Positions 9,129 through 17,176 of a DNA stretch of 64,000 bases are shown piece after piece. The DNA comes from a virus. Below the pieces are notes generated by a model, which was not told the DNA's origin, searched no databases, and saw nothing but the letters and a program-made list of their open reading frames with translations. Positions within the stretch are counted from its first letter, which is position 1. Every line of letters begins with the position of its first letter. The stretch spans positions 1 through 64,000 of IMG/VR virus record IMGVR_UViG_3300047557_002951; one strand, written 5' to 3'. The position numbers and the translations under genes were made by a program.

Positions 9129-9284
9129 TCAATCTGCAAGTTTTACAGGCGGCTCGATGTCCGCAAGGTAATCATAAAGCATCCGAGCGAATCCGTAATG
9201 GGGTCTTGTGCCAGTTTCGATACTGGTCGAAGTGGCAACCGTCCACATAATATCCAGATCTCTTTTATCAGGCAAGGTCTTCAT
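9129..9284 (-). CDS. 51-aa hypothetical protein (not in ORF track)
   Basis: MKTLPDKRDLDIMWTVATSTSIETGTRPHYGFARMLYDYLADIEPPVKLAD; fills the gap between neighbours. Confidence 0.65.
   Translation of the reverse strand: MKTLPDKRDLDIMWTVATSTSIETGTRPHYGFARMLYDYLADIEPPVKLAD
9171..9228 (-). promoter_or_regulatory. repeated early element copy 3, inside a coding region
   Basis: TGTGCCAGTT-tcga-TACTGG from 9207; TATGAT at 9171-9176; 30-nt spacer. Confidence 0.55.
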
Positions 9285-9651
9285 CATTCAACTCCACATC
9301 TTTTACAAGTTCTTTCATTCTATCAAAAAAATCCTCATCAAGTGGGACTACTTTTTCTTTTCCGGTGTCAATATCATCAACCATTTGAAGTAAACTTTCT
9401 AAAAAATATTTGGGATAAATTTCGTCCTCTAAACTATCCCAGAAGTATAGAATACATTGCTCCAATGGATCATCAGATACAAGAAGAGCATATTCTTGAT
9501 AGTTGTCTCCCATCAAGTCGCCCCAATTCTTGAATGCATACCAACAATTATACCATCCTTGAATGATACAAGAGTGCCAGATATATTCAAACCAAGATAA
9601 TTTGGTTTTCTTTGTGTTTGTACCTAGAAGTGGTCTACTAAACATCAGCAT
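9268..9651 (-). CDS. hypothetical protein
   Basis: 127-aa Trp-rich, acidic ORF. Confidence 0.75.
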   Translation of the reverse strand: MLMFSRPLLGTNTKKTKLSWFEYIWHSCIIQGWYNCWYAFKNWGDLMGDNYQEYALLVSDDPLEQCILYFWDSLEDEIYPKYFLESLLQMVDDIDTGKEKVVPLDEDFFDRMKELVKDVELNDEDLA

Positions 9652-9935
9652 TCCTCCATTCGTAAGTGATCCGATTCTTCCTCCTCATCAATATCTTTCA
9701 GATAATCCCAACTCCAGGTTCGTCCCAGAATTGTTACATCAATTCCAAACTTATAAATCCAGAAAATAATATCAAGAACATCACCAGTCCCAGATTTAAT
9801 TTGAAGATATGGCCAGGATTTAAAATCATTCCAACTTACAGAGATTTGAAGTAATGAAATCCGTTTAATATTAATAATTTGAACATACCAGTCATCACCA
9901 AAATCTTTGCGGTGATTAAATTGAATTAGATTCAT
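9645..9935 (-). CDS. hypothetical protein
   Basis: Start moved to MNLIQF (ATG). Confidence 0.7.
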   Translation of the reverse strand: MNLIQFNHRKDFGDDWYVQIINIKRISLLQISVSWNDFKSWPYLQIKSGTGDVLDIIFWIYKFGIDVTILGRTWSWDYLKDIDEEEESDHLRMEEC

Positions 9936-10125
9936 TTTTGATTTCTTCTGCAAGTTGAATCAGGTCATTTTTATCTAATACAGTAATATTATTTTGTGCA
10001 GTATAGCTCTTAACATAATCGGCAGTAAGAGAAAGAATTGCTGCAACCAATTTTTCTTCTGTATCAGCACCTTGATTATTTCTTTGATCCCAAACTAAAT
10101 TAATAAACTCTTTTGCTCTACTCAT
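9916..10125 (-). CDS. hypothetical protein
   Basis: Start moved to MSRAKEF (TAATG overlap). Confidence 0.7.
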   Translation of the reverse strand: MSRAKEFINLVWDQRNNQGADTEEKLVAAILSLTADYVKSYTAQNNITVLDKNDLIQLAEEIKNESNSI

Positions 10126-10832
10126 TATTTCTTCCCATGAATTGGACAATCGCCATTGATCCACTTACGATCATCCGGCATTTCTGCGTTGTCCATGACT
10201 GGACATTTGCAGCCATGTAATACAGACTCTGAACTACCAGGTGTTAGTCCATTCCATGCTTTCATAGAATTTTTATTGTATTGTGCATCAATTTCTACTC
10301 TTTTATTATAATATTCTGCCTCTCGTAAATTATATTCTTGACATTTTTCTTTTTCTTGATCTGATGATGCTTTATCACACATTGCATCAAGTTCTTCGTC
10401 TGTATAATGTGAGTTGTAATTTTTATTTACGCTATGATACAATGCCCAGTAGCGTTTTTCCCAAGAATCTTCATGCTTTTCCACCCATTCAACATCTTGT
10501 TTAAGTTTATCTTGAACAATTTTACCAAGATCTTCTGCCATAATTAAATCGTGCTCTTCAGCAACCTTACGCATATCTTCTTCTTTGCGCATATCACTGA
10601 ATGCGAGTCCTACTGCACCTTGCATAATATTCAGTTCATTAAAACCAACTGCACGAAGAAATGAGTTGAAAAGATTAAAGTACTGATAAACATTCATTTC
10701 AATGGAAGGAACTTCCATTATGATTGTTTGATCATCGATCATGTCTGGATATAACTCATGATACTGAGGATATCCAACAGTTTTTGTTTCGTAGATGAAT
10801 TTAACTGAGCCTTCGATAGTCATGAGAATCAC
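10125..10832 (-). CDS. hypothetical protein with C-terminal Cys/His motif
   Basis: GCKCPVMDN...DCPIHG, a possible metal site. Confidence 0.75.
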   Translation of the reverse strand: MILMTIEGSVKFIYETKTVGYPQYHELYPDMIDDQTIIMEVPSIEMNVYQYFNLFNSFLRAVGFNELNIMQGAVGLAFSDMRKEEDMRKVAEEHDLIMAEDLGKIVQDKLKQDVEWVEKHEDSWEKRYWALYHSVNKNYNSHYTDEELDAMCDKASSDQEKEKCQEYNLREAEYYNKRVEIDAQYNKNSMKAWNGLTPGSSESVLHGCKCPVMDNAEMPDDRKWINGDCPIHGKK

Positions 10833-10845
10833 CGATTACAAGAAT

Positions 10846-10873
10846 ACTATAGCAAAAAAATTTGTGAGATCAA
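10846..10873 (-). promoter_or_regulatory. sigma70-like promoter
   Basis: TTGATC-16nt-TATAGT with extended TG. Confidence 0.55.
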
Positions 10874-11367
10874 TGAACATTGTGCCAATTTGAAGATTGG
10901 ACTGACTCAATCCACTCAAAACCTTCTTGTTTTGTTGGAATCTCGAACTGATGATGCATTCGTTTAATGATACTCTCAGGAATGAACTTCCCTTCACGAT
11001 GCTTGTTTCGTTCTAATGCATCCTCCAGTGAAATTTGAAAATAAACTGCTCCTTTATGATAATAAGAGGGAAAACCAGAAAGTTTTTTCTTTCTGGTTTT
11101 TATGCTAAGGTTTGTCTGATCCCAGATAATGTCCCTACCTTTGTCCTTTGCTGTAATCAAATCAGTTTCAAGTTGACAAGTGGCATCAGAAATTACATCA
11201 TCAAACACTTCATTATAAGTTTTGCCAACACTTTTTGCATATTTTTCGATATAAGTATCCGTAGATAAAATTACAGCATCTTTCCAATAAGAAAGCTTCT
11301 TAAGTTTTTCGACATATGTGGATTTTCCAGAAGTAGGAATTCCACAGAGCATAATGACTTCAGACAT
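10870..11367 (-). CDS. P-loop kinase, polynucleotide kinase/AAA_33-like
   Basis: Walker A CGIPTSGKST, LSTD, WDQTNL, ERNKHR lid, FEIPTKQEGF. Confidence 0.85.
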   Translation of the reverse strand: MSEVIMLCGIPTSGKSTYVEKLKKLSYWKDAVILSTDTYIEKYAKSVGKTYNEVFDDVISDATCQLETDLITAKDKGRDIIWDQTNLSIKTRKKKLSGFPSYYHKGAVYFQISLEDALERNKHREGKFIPESIIKRMHHQFEIPTKQEGFEWIESVQSSNWHNVH

Positions 11368-11390
11368 GAATTTGGGTCTTATGTTTGGTT

Positions 11391-11448
11391 ATTATATCAG
11401 AAAGGCACACCACTCACAAGAAGCAGTGTGCCAATTATCAAAGTGTTA
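11391..11448 (-). promoter_or_regulatory. repeated early element copy 4
   Basis: TGTGCCAATT-atca-AAGTGT from 11427; stem ggcacac/gtgtgcc; TATAAT at 11391-11396; 30-nt spacer. Confidence 0.75.
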
Positions 11449-11453
11449 TCAGT

Positions 11454-11870
11454 TTATTTTAGACGCTGACTTTCAGTAATAGGAATAGGAATACCTCGTT
11501 CAGTTGGAACATAGATTACAGTTTTTTCCTTACTATTATCAGAGTTTTCTAAATTCTGAATATAAAGATATTGCAAATACTCTGAATTTCCTTTCAGACT
11601 TTCTCCTAGAATTTTATTTGCAGCTGCAGCACCTTTTGCGCGTTCAACTTCCGCTTCAGCCTGAAGAGCAGCAGCATCCTTAAGTGCTTTTGCTTCAAGA
11701 ACTTTTACTTGGCGAACATACTCTTGTTCTTGTAAGAGCGCCTTGCCATTTAATGTTTTTGTCCACACATTATACTGTGGAAGACCAAATGCAAGTCCAC
11801 CAATTACTACAATTGCACTGACCACAAGAAATGCAGTCGTGACATTAATAAATCCGTCTTGTTGTTTCAT
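11454..11870 (-). CDS. membrane protein resembling a band-7/SPFH C-terminal region
   Basis: One TM helix, Ala-rich coiled coil AEAEVERAKGAAAAN, YLQYLYI, VIYVPTE. Confidence 0.7.
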   Translation of the reverse strand: MKQQDGFINVTTAFLVVSAIVVIGGLAFGLPQYNVWTKTLNGKALLQEQEYVRQVKVLEAKALKDAAALQAEAEVERAKGAAAANKILGESLKGNSEYLQYLYIQNLENSDNSKEKTVIYVPTERGIPIPITESQRLK

Positions 11871-11885
11871 AATTAAAAAATAAAA

Positions 11886-12155
11886 TTAAGTAAGAGCTTC
11901 AACTTGCATAAGAATTTCATCAACACCATCCTTAGACAGATAGCCAACTACATCTTCAGTAATTGGTGTGTCATAAACAATTTCCCATTCATCAGAATTG
12001 CCACGAAGAACAGCTACTTCATAAAGTCCGTCGCGTCCACCATAAGAATATTCACTTTTGATGACGCTTACGCCATAAGAATTATCGAAAAAATACACTG
12101 ATCGAATGCCATCAATGTTTGGATGTGGCTCAAAATTAAGATCAGTGAATTTCAT
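11886..12155 (-). CDS. phage hypothetical protein
   Basis: FDNSYGVSVI...SYGG..GLYEVAVL...YDTPITEDVVGYL. Confidence 0.75.
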   Translation of the reverse strand: MKFTDLNFEPHPNIDGIRSVYFFDNSYGVSVIKSEYSYGGRDGLYEVAVLRGNSDEWEIVYDTPITEDVVGYLSKDGVDEILMQVEALT

Positions 12156-12376
12156 GATTCAGAAAAAGGTTCAAAGCGATCAGCCCAAAGAATGTTGAAT
12201 CGTTCTTTGAGGTTATCAATCAAAGTGTAGCGTTGAATGATGGGATTGTCAAGAGGCAGATCCCAGATTCCACCTTCTGTAGCCAAATGAAATGACTCCA
12301 GTGCATGATTTAGAACATCGTTGATCATCTCATGTTCCACTTCAGTGAGTGTCACAGTAATGTCGTTTTCAATCAT
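12152..12376 (-). CDS. hypothetical protein
   Basis: Start moved to MIENDIT, downstream of the promoter. Confidence 0.7.
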   Translation of the reverse strand: MIENDITVTLTEVEHEMINDVLNHALESFHLATEGGIWDLPLDNPIIQRYTLIDNLKERFNILWADRFEPFSES

Positions 12377-12398
12377 AATGAATTTGTTGTGCGAGAAC

Positions 12399-12456
12399 AC
12401 TCTACCACATCAATAAGGAAAAGTCAACCAAGGAGTGGACAGTTTGAAAATTGGTT
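12399..12456 (-). promoter_or_regulatory. repeated early element copy 5 with full sigma70 promoter
   Basis: GTGGACAGTT-tgaa-AATTGG from 12435; TTGACT(12422-12427)-17nt-TAGAGT(12399-12404). Confidence 0.7.
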
Positions 12457-12457
12457 A

Positions 12458-12622
12458 TCAGTAGTTACCATTCTGATATTTTGTTTTAATTTCTTTAATT
12501 TCTTTTGCTTTATCAAGAAGTCGATCAAGATTTGCGATTAATAGATCCAGACTATCCTCAGTCTTTCCAATCAATGCCTCATCAATTCTCTCAAATGCTG
12601 CTTTAGTTTGTGTCGTCATCAT
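12458..12622 (-). CDS. 54-aa hypothetical protein (not in ORF track)
   Basis: MMTTQTKAAFERIDEALIGK...KYQNGNY; ATGA overlap with the def stop. Confidence 0.7.
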   Translation of the reverse strand: MMTTQTKAAFERIDEALIGKTEDSLDLLIANLDRLLDKAKEIKEIKTKYQNGNY

Positions 12623-13041
12623 ACTATGAGTTCCCCATACAAGTGTAAGATCTCATGTTGAATAATACGAGCAACAAGCCCATCATACTTTTCAAAATGT
12701 GGTTTGCCAGTGAGATCACGATACTTTACACTCAGACTTTCAGGGCGAGAAATCATCTTGAATACATCAGGACAAGACAAACAACCTTCTTCAATTCCCA
12801 CATGTTCTTCTGATACTTTAGTAATCTCTGGATTAATCATCACAATAGGTTCTCCCGAATCGTCAACAACAATGATCTGCTTTAAAACTCCAATCTGAAC
12901 TGCAGAAAGTCCGATACCATTAGAGCCATACATGGTCTCGATCATGGACTTTGCTAAAGTTCGAATACTATCATCAATTTTAGCAACTCTCTTTGATTTT
13001 TTGCGAAGAATACGATCTTCGGATGTGAGGATCTTTAACAT
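12619..13041 (-). CDS. def: peptide deformylase lacking the C-terminal helix
   Basis: GIGLSAVQIG, EGCLS, QHEILHLYG. Confidence 0.93.
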   Translation of the reverse strand: MLKILTSEDRILRKKSKRVAKIDDSIRTLAKSMIETMYGSNGIGLSAVQIGVLKQIIVVDDSGEPIVMINPEITKVSEEHVGIEEGCLSCPDVFKMISRPESLSVKYRDLTGKPHFEKYDGLVARIIQHEILHLYGELIV

Positions 13042-13065
13042 AACTTGTACCTCATAACTTATTAT

Positions 13066-14295
13066 TTATTTGTGAATCTCTGCAACAGCCAGTTCCCCAC
13101 GATCAAAAACAGTATCGACAATACTCTGGACATTACGAGAAGCAACATTAGTGTTCTTATCATAAACAGGACAGATCACAAGACCTTCAGGCTTCAGATA
13201 AGTAGAAAGATCGCCAGGAATCACAGTTCCGTTTCTCATGCCAGCAACATCATCAGGATGTAGTCGCAATGTACGACCAATATTCTGGAGCATTGAAACA
13301 GTATCCATTGAACGCATAAAGCACACCGCATCAAGACAAGAAACATTGATACCTTCACCAAGAATACTATGATTCATGACAATAAATTTCTTGGAATCCA
13401 TCTTACCCCATGTATTCAGTGTACGGAAAAACTTCTCTCGATTAACTGGCTTACCATCAATATAGGCACCATATTGAGAAGTGATGTGTAATAAAGAATA
13501 ACCACGCTCCTTGAGTTCTTCTTCGAAACTTGTCTCGGACAAAACAGCCATCATCGCCTTAGTTGACTTTACGGCAATCAGCATCTTATTAACATTTTCC
13601 TGATCGAGAATCTCAAGAATATGATTACAATCTCGTTCTGCAATATTATCATTGGCAGACTCAAGATACTTTGCAATCACCCGTGGTCTAAGAATATAGC
13701 CATTATTTACAAGTTCTGGTGCAGGAACATTAGAAATAATTTTACCATAAACATCCATATCATTCATTCCAGGCTTGGAAAGAACTGCACTTGTTTTTGG
13801 TGTTGCAGTAAAGAAATAGCAACGATCTGCTCGTTCTGATGCAGTCTTCACATGCTCATGGAAAGATTGCTTTACAGAATTGTGCGCTTCATCCATAATG
13901 TAAGTATTCACATGAATATTTGATTCTTGAATGCGACGCAATGAATTATAAGTACAGAAAATAAGTTTGTGGTGATTCTTATGAATCTCCATCCAGTCTT
14001 GAATATTCTTTGTCTTTGTGGTATGATAGTGCTGTACTTTACCAGAATGAACATGAAGTACACGAGCATTCTTAATGTGCTCAAGATACTCAGAACTTAG
14101 TTGGCAAGCAAGAAGAATTCTAGGAGCAACAACACAAACTGTCTGTGGAGTTGTTTTCTCAAATTCTCTCAATGTATCAGCTATACCAACCATAGTCTTA
14201 CCCCCACCTGTTGGGTAGGTAATAATTCCAAGATTATGATGCTTGAGATCTTGTACTGTTTGCTTTTGGTGAGGGCGAAGTTCCATGTGAATCAT
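13066..14295 (-). CDS. superfamily 2 DEAH helicase, ResIII-like
   Basis: PTGGGKT, DEAH, TAT, LGEGIN, QNIGRTLR. Confidence 0.9.
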   Translation of the reverse strand: MIHMELRPHQKQTVQDLKHHNLGIITYPTGGGKTMVGIADTLREFEKTTPQTVCVVAPRILLACQLSSEYLEHIKNARVLHVHSGKVQHYHTTKTKNIQDWMEIHKNHHKLIFCTYNSLRRIQESNIHVNTYIMDEAHNSVKQSFHEHVKTASERADRCYFFTATPKTSAVLSKPGMNDMDVYGKIISNVPAPELVNNGYILRPRVIAKYLESANDNIAERDCNHILEILDQENVNKMLIAVKSTKAMMAVLSETSFEEELKERGYSLLHITSQYGAYIDGKPVNREKFFRTLNTWGKMDSKKFIVMNHSILGEGINVSCLDAVCFMRSMDTVSMLQNIGRTLRLHPDDVAGMRNGTVIPGDLSTYLKPEGLVICPVYDKNTNVASRNVQSIVDTVFDRGELAVAEIHK

Positions 14296-14308
14296 TGACT
14301 ATAGAACT

Positions 14309-14365
14309 ACCATAGCATAAAAAAAGAACCATGGTTAGGTTCTTATGACAGTTAATGAATTGTCT
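14309..14365 (-). promoter_or_regulatory. repeated early element copy 6
   Basis: TATGACAGTT-aatg-AATTGTC from 14344; TGcTATGGT with hexamer at 14309-14314; 29-nt spacer. Confidence 0.65.
14319..14344 (-). terminator. intrinsic terminator
   Basis: aagaacc-7nt-ggttctt followed by a T-run on the minus strand. Confidence 0.65.
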
Positions 14366-14492
14366 ATAGTACTTAAGTTCCTTAATAGTTTCCTTCGGAA
14401 ACTTCTCTTCGAGAACTATCTAGATTTATTTTTTCTTTAAAGTTATTAAGTAATTATTAGATAAAACTTGTTTTTCATCCGTGACAAGGCTG

Positions 14493-14521
14493 ATTGTACA
14501 CACTTTTAAAGGTCTTGTCAA
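14493..14521 (-). promoter_or_regulatory. near-consensus sigma70 promoter
   Basis: TTGACA(14516-14521)-17nt-TACAAT(14493-14498); inverted repeat TGACAAG/CTTGTCA spanning 14482-14520. Confidence 0.8.
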
Positions 14522-14952
14522 GCCCCATCAAGAAATGTTACGAAATGATCATAAAGTATTGGTTCTTGTTGTTCTGCCTCGATCTCATGTGGTTGGTTGA
14601 CATAATCGAGATCATCTATTATAATGGTGTTCCAGTATCTCTTAGCATTCTTGATCTTCAGCCAACCTTGACAAAATTGATAAGCATGATATAATTCATG
14701 CAATAGTGTTTTGATATAATCGTCTGTTTTTAGAGTCTTCTCCAACTCAATCAAAAAACTCCTCGGATTTTCTCCATCTTCCTCATATGGAGAAATATTA
14801 CAATATCCATATACCTCATCTTTCTTTAAATTTTTATGTTCCACAATAATTTCTATCTCATAATTTTCCAAGTAGTTTTTACTAAACCATTCCACAATTG
14901 TGTAACATAAATCCTCACGCTTTTTTGCATTGATGATTTCAAGTTCCAACAT
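14518..14952 (-). CDS. putative zincin metallopeptidase
   Basis: TLLHELYHAYQ (HExxH) and PHEIEA. Confidence 0.75.
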   Translation of the reverse strand: MLELEIINAKKREDLCYTIVEWFSKNYLENYEIEIIVEHKNLKKDEVYGYCNISPYEEDGENPRSFLIELEKTLKTDDYIKTLLHELYHAYQFCQGWLKIKNAKRYWNTIIIDDLDYVNQPHEIEAEQQEPILYDHFVTFLDGA

Positions 14953-15043
14953 TAGAAATCAAAGTATAGGTAAGTCTAGTAACCCAGTTCATAAAGCACA
15001 AAAATGAAAAGATAAAAATGAATCTTTCTAAATTTGAGTACAA
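14939..15043 (-). CDS. small hydrophobic protein
   Basis: 3' part of track ORF 14939..15175; the 5' part overlaps a promoter element; TTG start is tentative. Confidence 0.45.
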   Translation of the reverse strand: MYSNLERFIFIFSFLCFMNWVTRLTYTLISNVGT

Positions 15044-15065
15044 TTGAAGTTTTACATCTTTTGAT

Positions 15066-15122
15066 AGAATAAGCTCCCCAGCGTTGATCTGGTGAGCTTT
15101 GAGGACACTTTTTGAAGTGTCT
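15066..15122 (-). promoter_or_regulatory. repeated early element copy 7
   Basis: Perfect GACACTT-tttg-AAGTGTC within 15101-15122; stem aagctc.ccag/ctgg.gagctt 15071-15099; TATTCT at 15066-15071; 29-nt spacer. Confidence 0.65.
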
Positions 15123-15242
15123 GCGAAAAATAAATTTTTATAGTTTAGAATCGGACTACCAAATCTCTTTAGCAAGTTTTAATTCCTCCACTTCAATTTC
15201 TTCTTTGAGATTAGAAATATGTTCTTTCGAATCAATTTTATT

Positions 15243-16481
15243 TTAAATCTCTACAGGACCAGGAAATCTTTCACCTTCCTTTAAAGCAACCAGATGAGTA
15301 TTCACCACAGCAATCTTGGTTCCAGTCCACCAGTTAGTTTCTAGTCTCAAACTCATAAAACGAATATCTTTGTTGCGAATAAACTGCGCCTTTGATTGCT
15401 TGGTGTAATAAGGAAAACTATCCTCATTCCAGAAAGATACATGAGTTGGGTCACACCATGCACCATTACCTTCAGTAGAGGGAACTTCAATAAATGCCCA
15501 ACCACCATGTGCAAGAACTCTATGAATCTCTCGCATAGTCTTAATTGGGTCTCTTAGGTGCTCAATCACATGAGAAGCATTTAGTACACCCACACTATTA
15601 TCTTCTAAAGGAATCCCATCATTTAGATCACAAGTAATATCTCCACCTTCTTGGTCTATGGTTGTGTAACCTTCTCTTGGAAATAGACCACCACCAATAT
15701 CAATTTTCAACAATCCTTTCAAATCAGCATCTCTTTCTGCGAGAACTTGTGCATACTGATTATGAAGTTCCTTTGTTTTAATTTGAATTGCTTCATTTCT
15801 CTCCAGGAAACTATTATCTCCAGTAATTCTGTAGATATAAAGAACCTTTGGAATGTGATAGAACTTTGTAATCAGATAAGTTCTTATCATCAGTTCATGG
15901 TCATCACACATAGAAAGTTCTACATTATGACCACCAACTTCTTCATAAGTTGATTTTCTCCATGCTCTTACATGGTCAGGAGCATACCAGATATAAGAAA
16001 CAGCATGACTGGATGGTTCAAAGGAATTCATGGCAACCAGTTTCTTTCCATTCCAATCATAATTTTTATAAGTCCAACCATAGACAGAACTATAAGGAAT
16101 GAACTTATCTTCCATATGATAAGTTGCATTATCACTATAAACAAACCCACAATCTGGGTTTTCTTCAAATGCCTTTGCAAGTTCTTCTAGGCAATCAGGA
16201 GTAAGAATATCGTCATGATCCATTTCCACAAGAACATCACCAGTTCCAAGTGAAAATGCTTTGTTCTTTACATAACCAATATTTGTATTACCTTCATAGT
16301 CGGTAAATATTTTTACTCGTTCGTCATTTAAAATTTCTTCAGACAATTGTTCTTTCTTAAATTTTCCATTCAAGTAAACAACCCATTCCCAATTATCATA
16401 GGTTTGTGCTACAATACTCGAATATAGTTCGTCAAAATAAGTCTGATACTTATGTGAAGGTGTGATAATACTAAATTTCAT
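15243..16481 (-). CDS. GT2 glycosyltransferase fused to class I SAM methyltransferase
   Basis: FSIITP, AQTYDNWEW, MDHDD, DDHEL; C-terminal IDIGGG, SHVIEHL, EIHRVLAHGG, DPTH. Confidence 0.85.
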   Translation of the reverse strand: MKFSIITPSHKYQTYFDELYSSIVAQTYDNWEWVVYLNGKFKKEQLSEEILNDERVKIFTDYEGNTNIGYVKNKAFSLGTGDVLVEMDHDDILTPDCLEELAKAFEENPDCGFVYSDNATYHMEDKFIPYSSVYGWTYKNYDWNGKKLVAMNSFEPSSHAVSYIWYAPDHVRAWRKSTYEEVGGHNVELSMCDDHELMIRTYLITKFYHIPKVLYIYRITGDNSFLERNEAIQIKTKELHNQYAQVLAERDADLKGLLKIDIGGGLFPREGYTTIDQEGGDITCDLNDGIPLEDNSVGVLNASHVIEHLRDPIKTMREIHRVLAHGGWAFIEVPSTEGNGAWCDPTHVSFWNEDSFPYYTKQSKAQFIRNKDIRFMSLRLETNWWTGTKIAVVNTHLVALKEGERFPGPVEI

Positions 16482-17176
16482 TTTTTTCTACAGGATGCAA
16501 TAAAATAACCATTGTGCCAATCACTTTGTTCATAAACAAGTTCTGGAGTTGAACCATCTATTGTAGTTCTAATTTCAAGAGAATATAGGATTTCTAAATT
16601 TAAATCAACAAATGCCCTTGTTGTTCCCGTTCTCACTTGATTCCAATTCCAATCATCACAGATAAAGATAAATTCATCTTCTAATGCTGGTTGCGCATAA
16701 ACAACTCCATCATACTGGTCTTGTTCTTCGTGTGGACCATCAAAGAAGTAGACATTATATTTACCAATATTATTATAGTCTACTGAACGAAAATCATTTT
16801 CTTGGAATTGATAAGATGCTTGTGGACTATCTTTTTTGATTTCCTCAGTATTTTTAAAGAACAAAGACTTTACATTCCCCATTGGATTAAACTGGTCCCA
16901 GTTGTCTACAAAGTAAGCGTTTACTTTGTTATTATACAGAGCAGAACAAGCAGTAGAACCAGTCCAGGTTCCAACCTCAAGATATCTTACATCATCCACT
17001 TGAGAAATCAACTGGTTAATAAAGTGCTTATACTTTTTACCAGACATAGATTCCATGGTCATCAACCAATTTGGAAGATAATTTAATTCATTTGCAGCGA
17101 CATAAGATTTGAATATTTCATTAGAATATTTTGATGGTCCAATATCAGTAATCGTAATTTTAGTTTTCATTATCAA
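16478..17176 (-). CDS. class I SAM methyltransferase, Methyltransf_24-like
   Basis: YLEVGTWTGST, FFDGPH, ICDDWNW. Confidence 0.85.
   Translation of the reverse strand: MIMKTKITITDIGPSKYSNEIFKSYVAANELNYLPNWLMTMESMSGKKYKHFINQLISQVDDVRYLEVGTWTGSTACSALYNNKVNAYFVDNWDQFNPMGNVKSLFFKNTEEIKKDSPQASYQFQENDFRSVDYNNIGKYNVYFFDGPHEEQDQYDGVVYAQPALEDEFIFICDDWNWNQVRTGTTRAFVDLNLEILYSLEIRTTIDGSTPELVYEQSDWHNGYFIASCRKK

Noticed and set aside
15044-15175. N-terminal part of track ORF 14939..15175, and similar extensions at 877, 8042, 12400, 43143 and 48362
   Set aside because: They overlap promoter elements or upstream genes; better starts lie downstream
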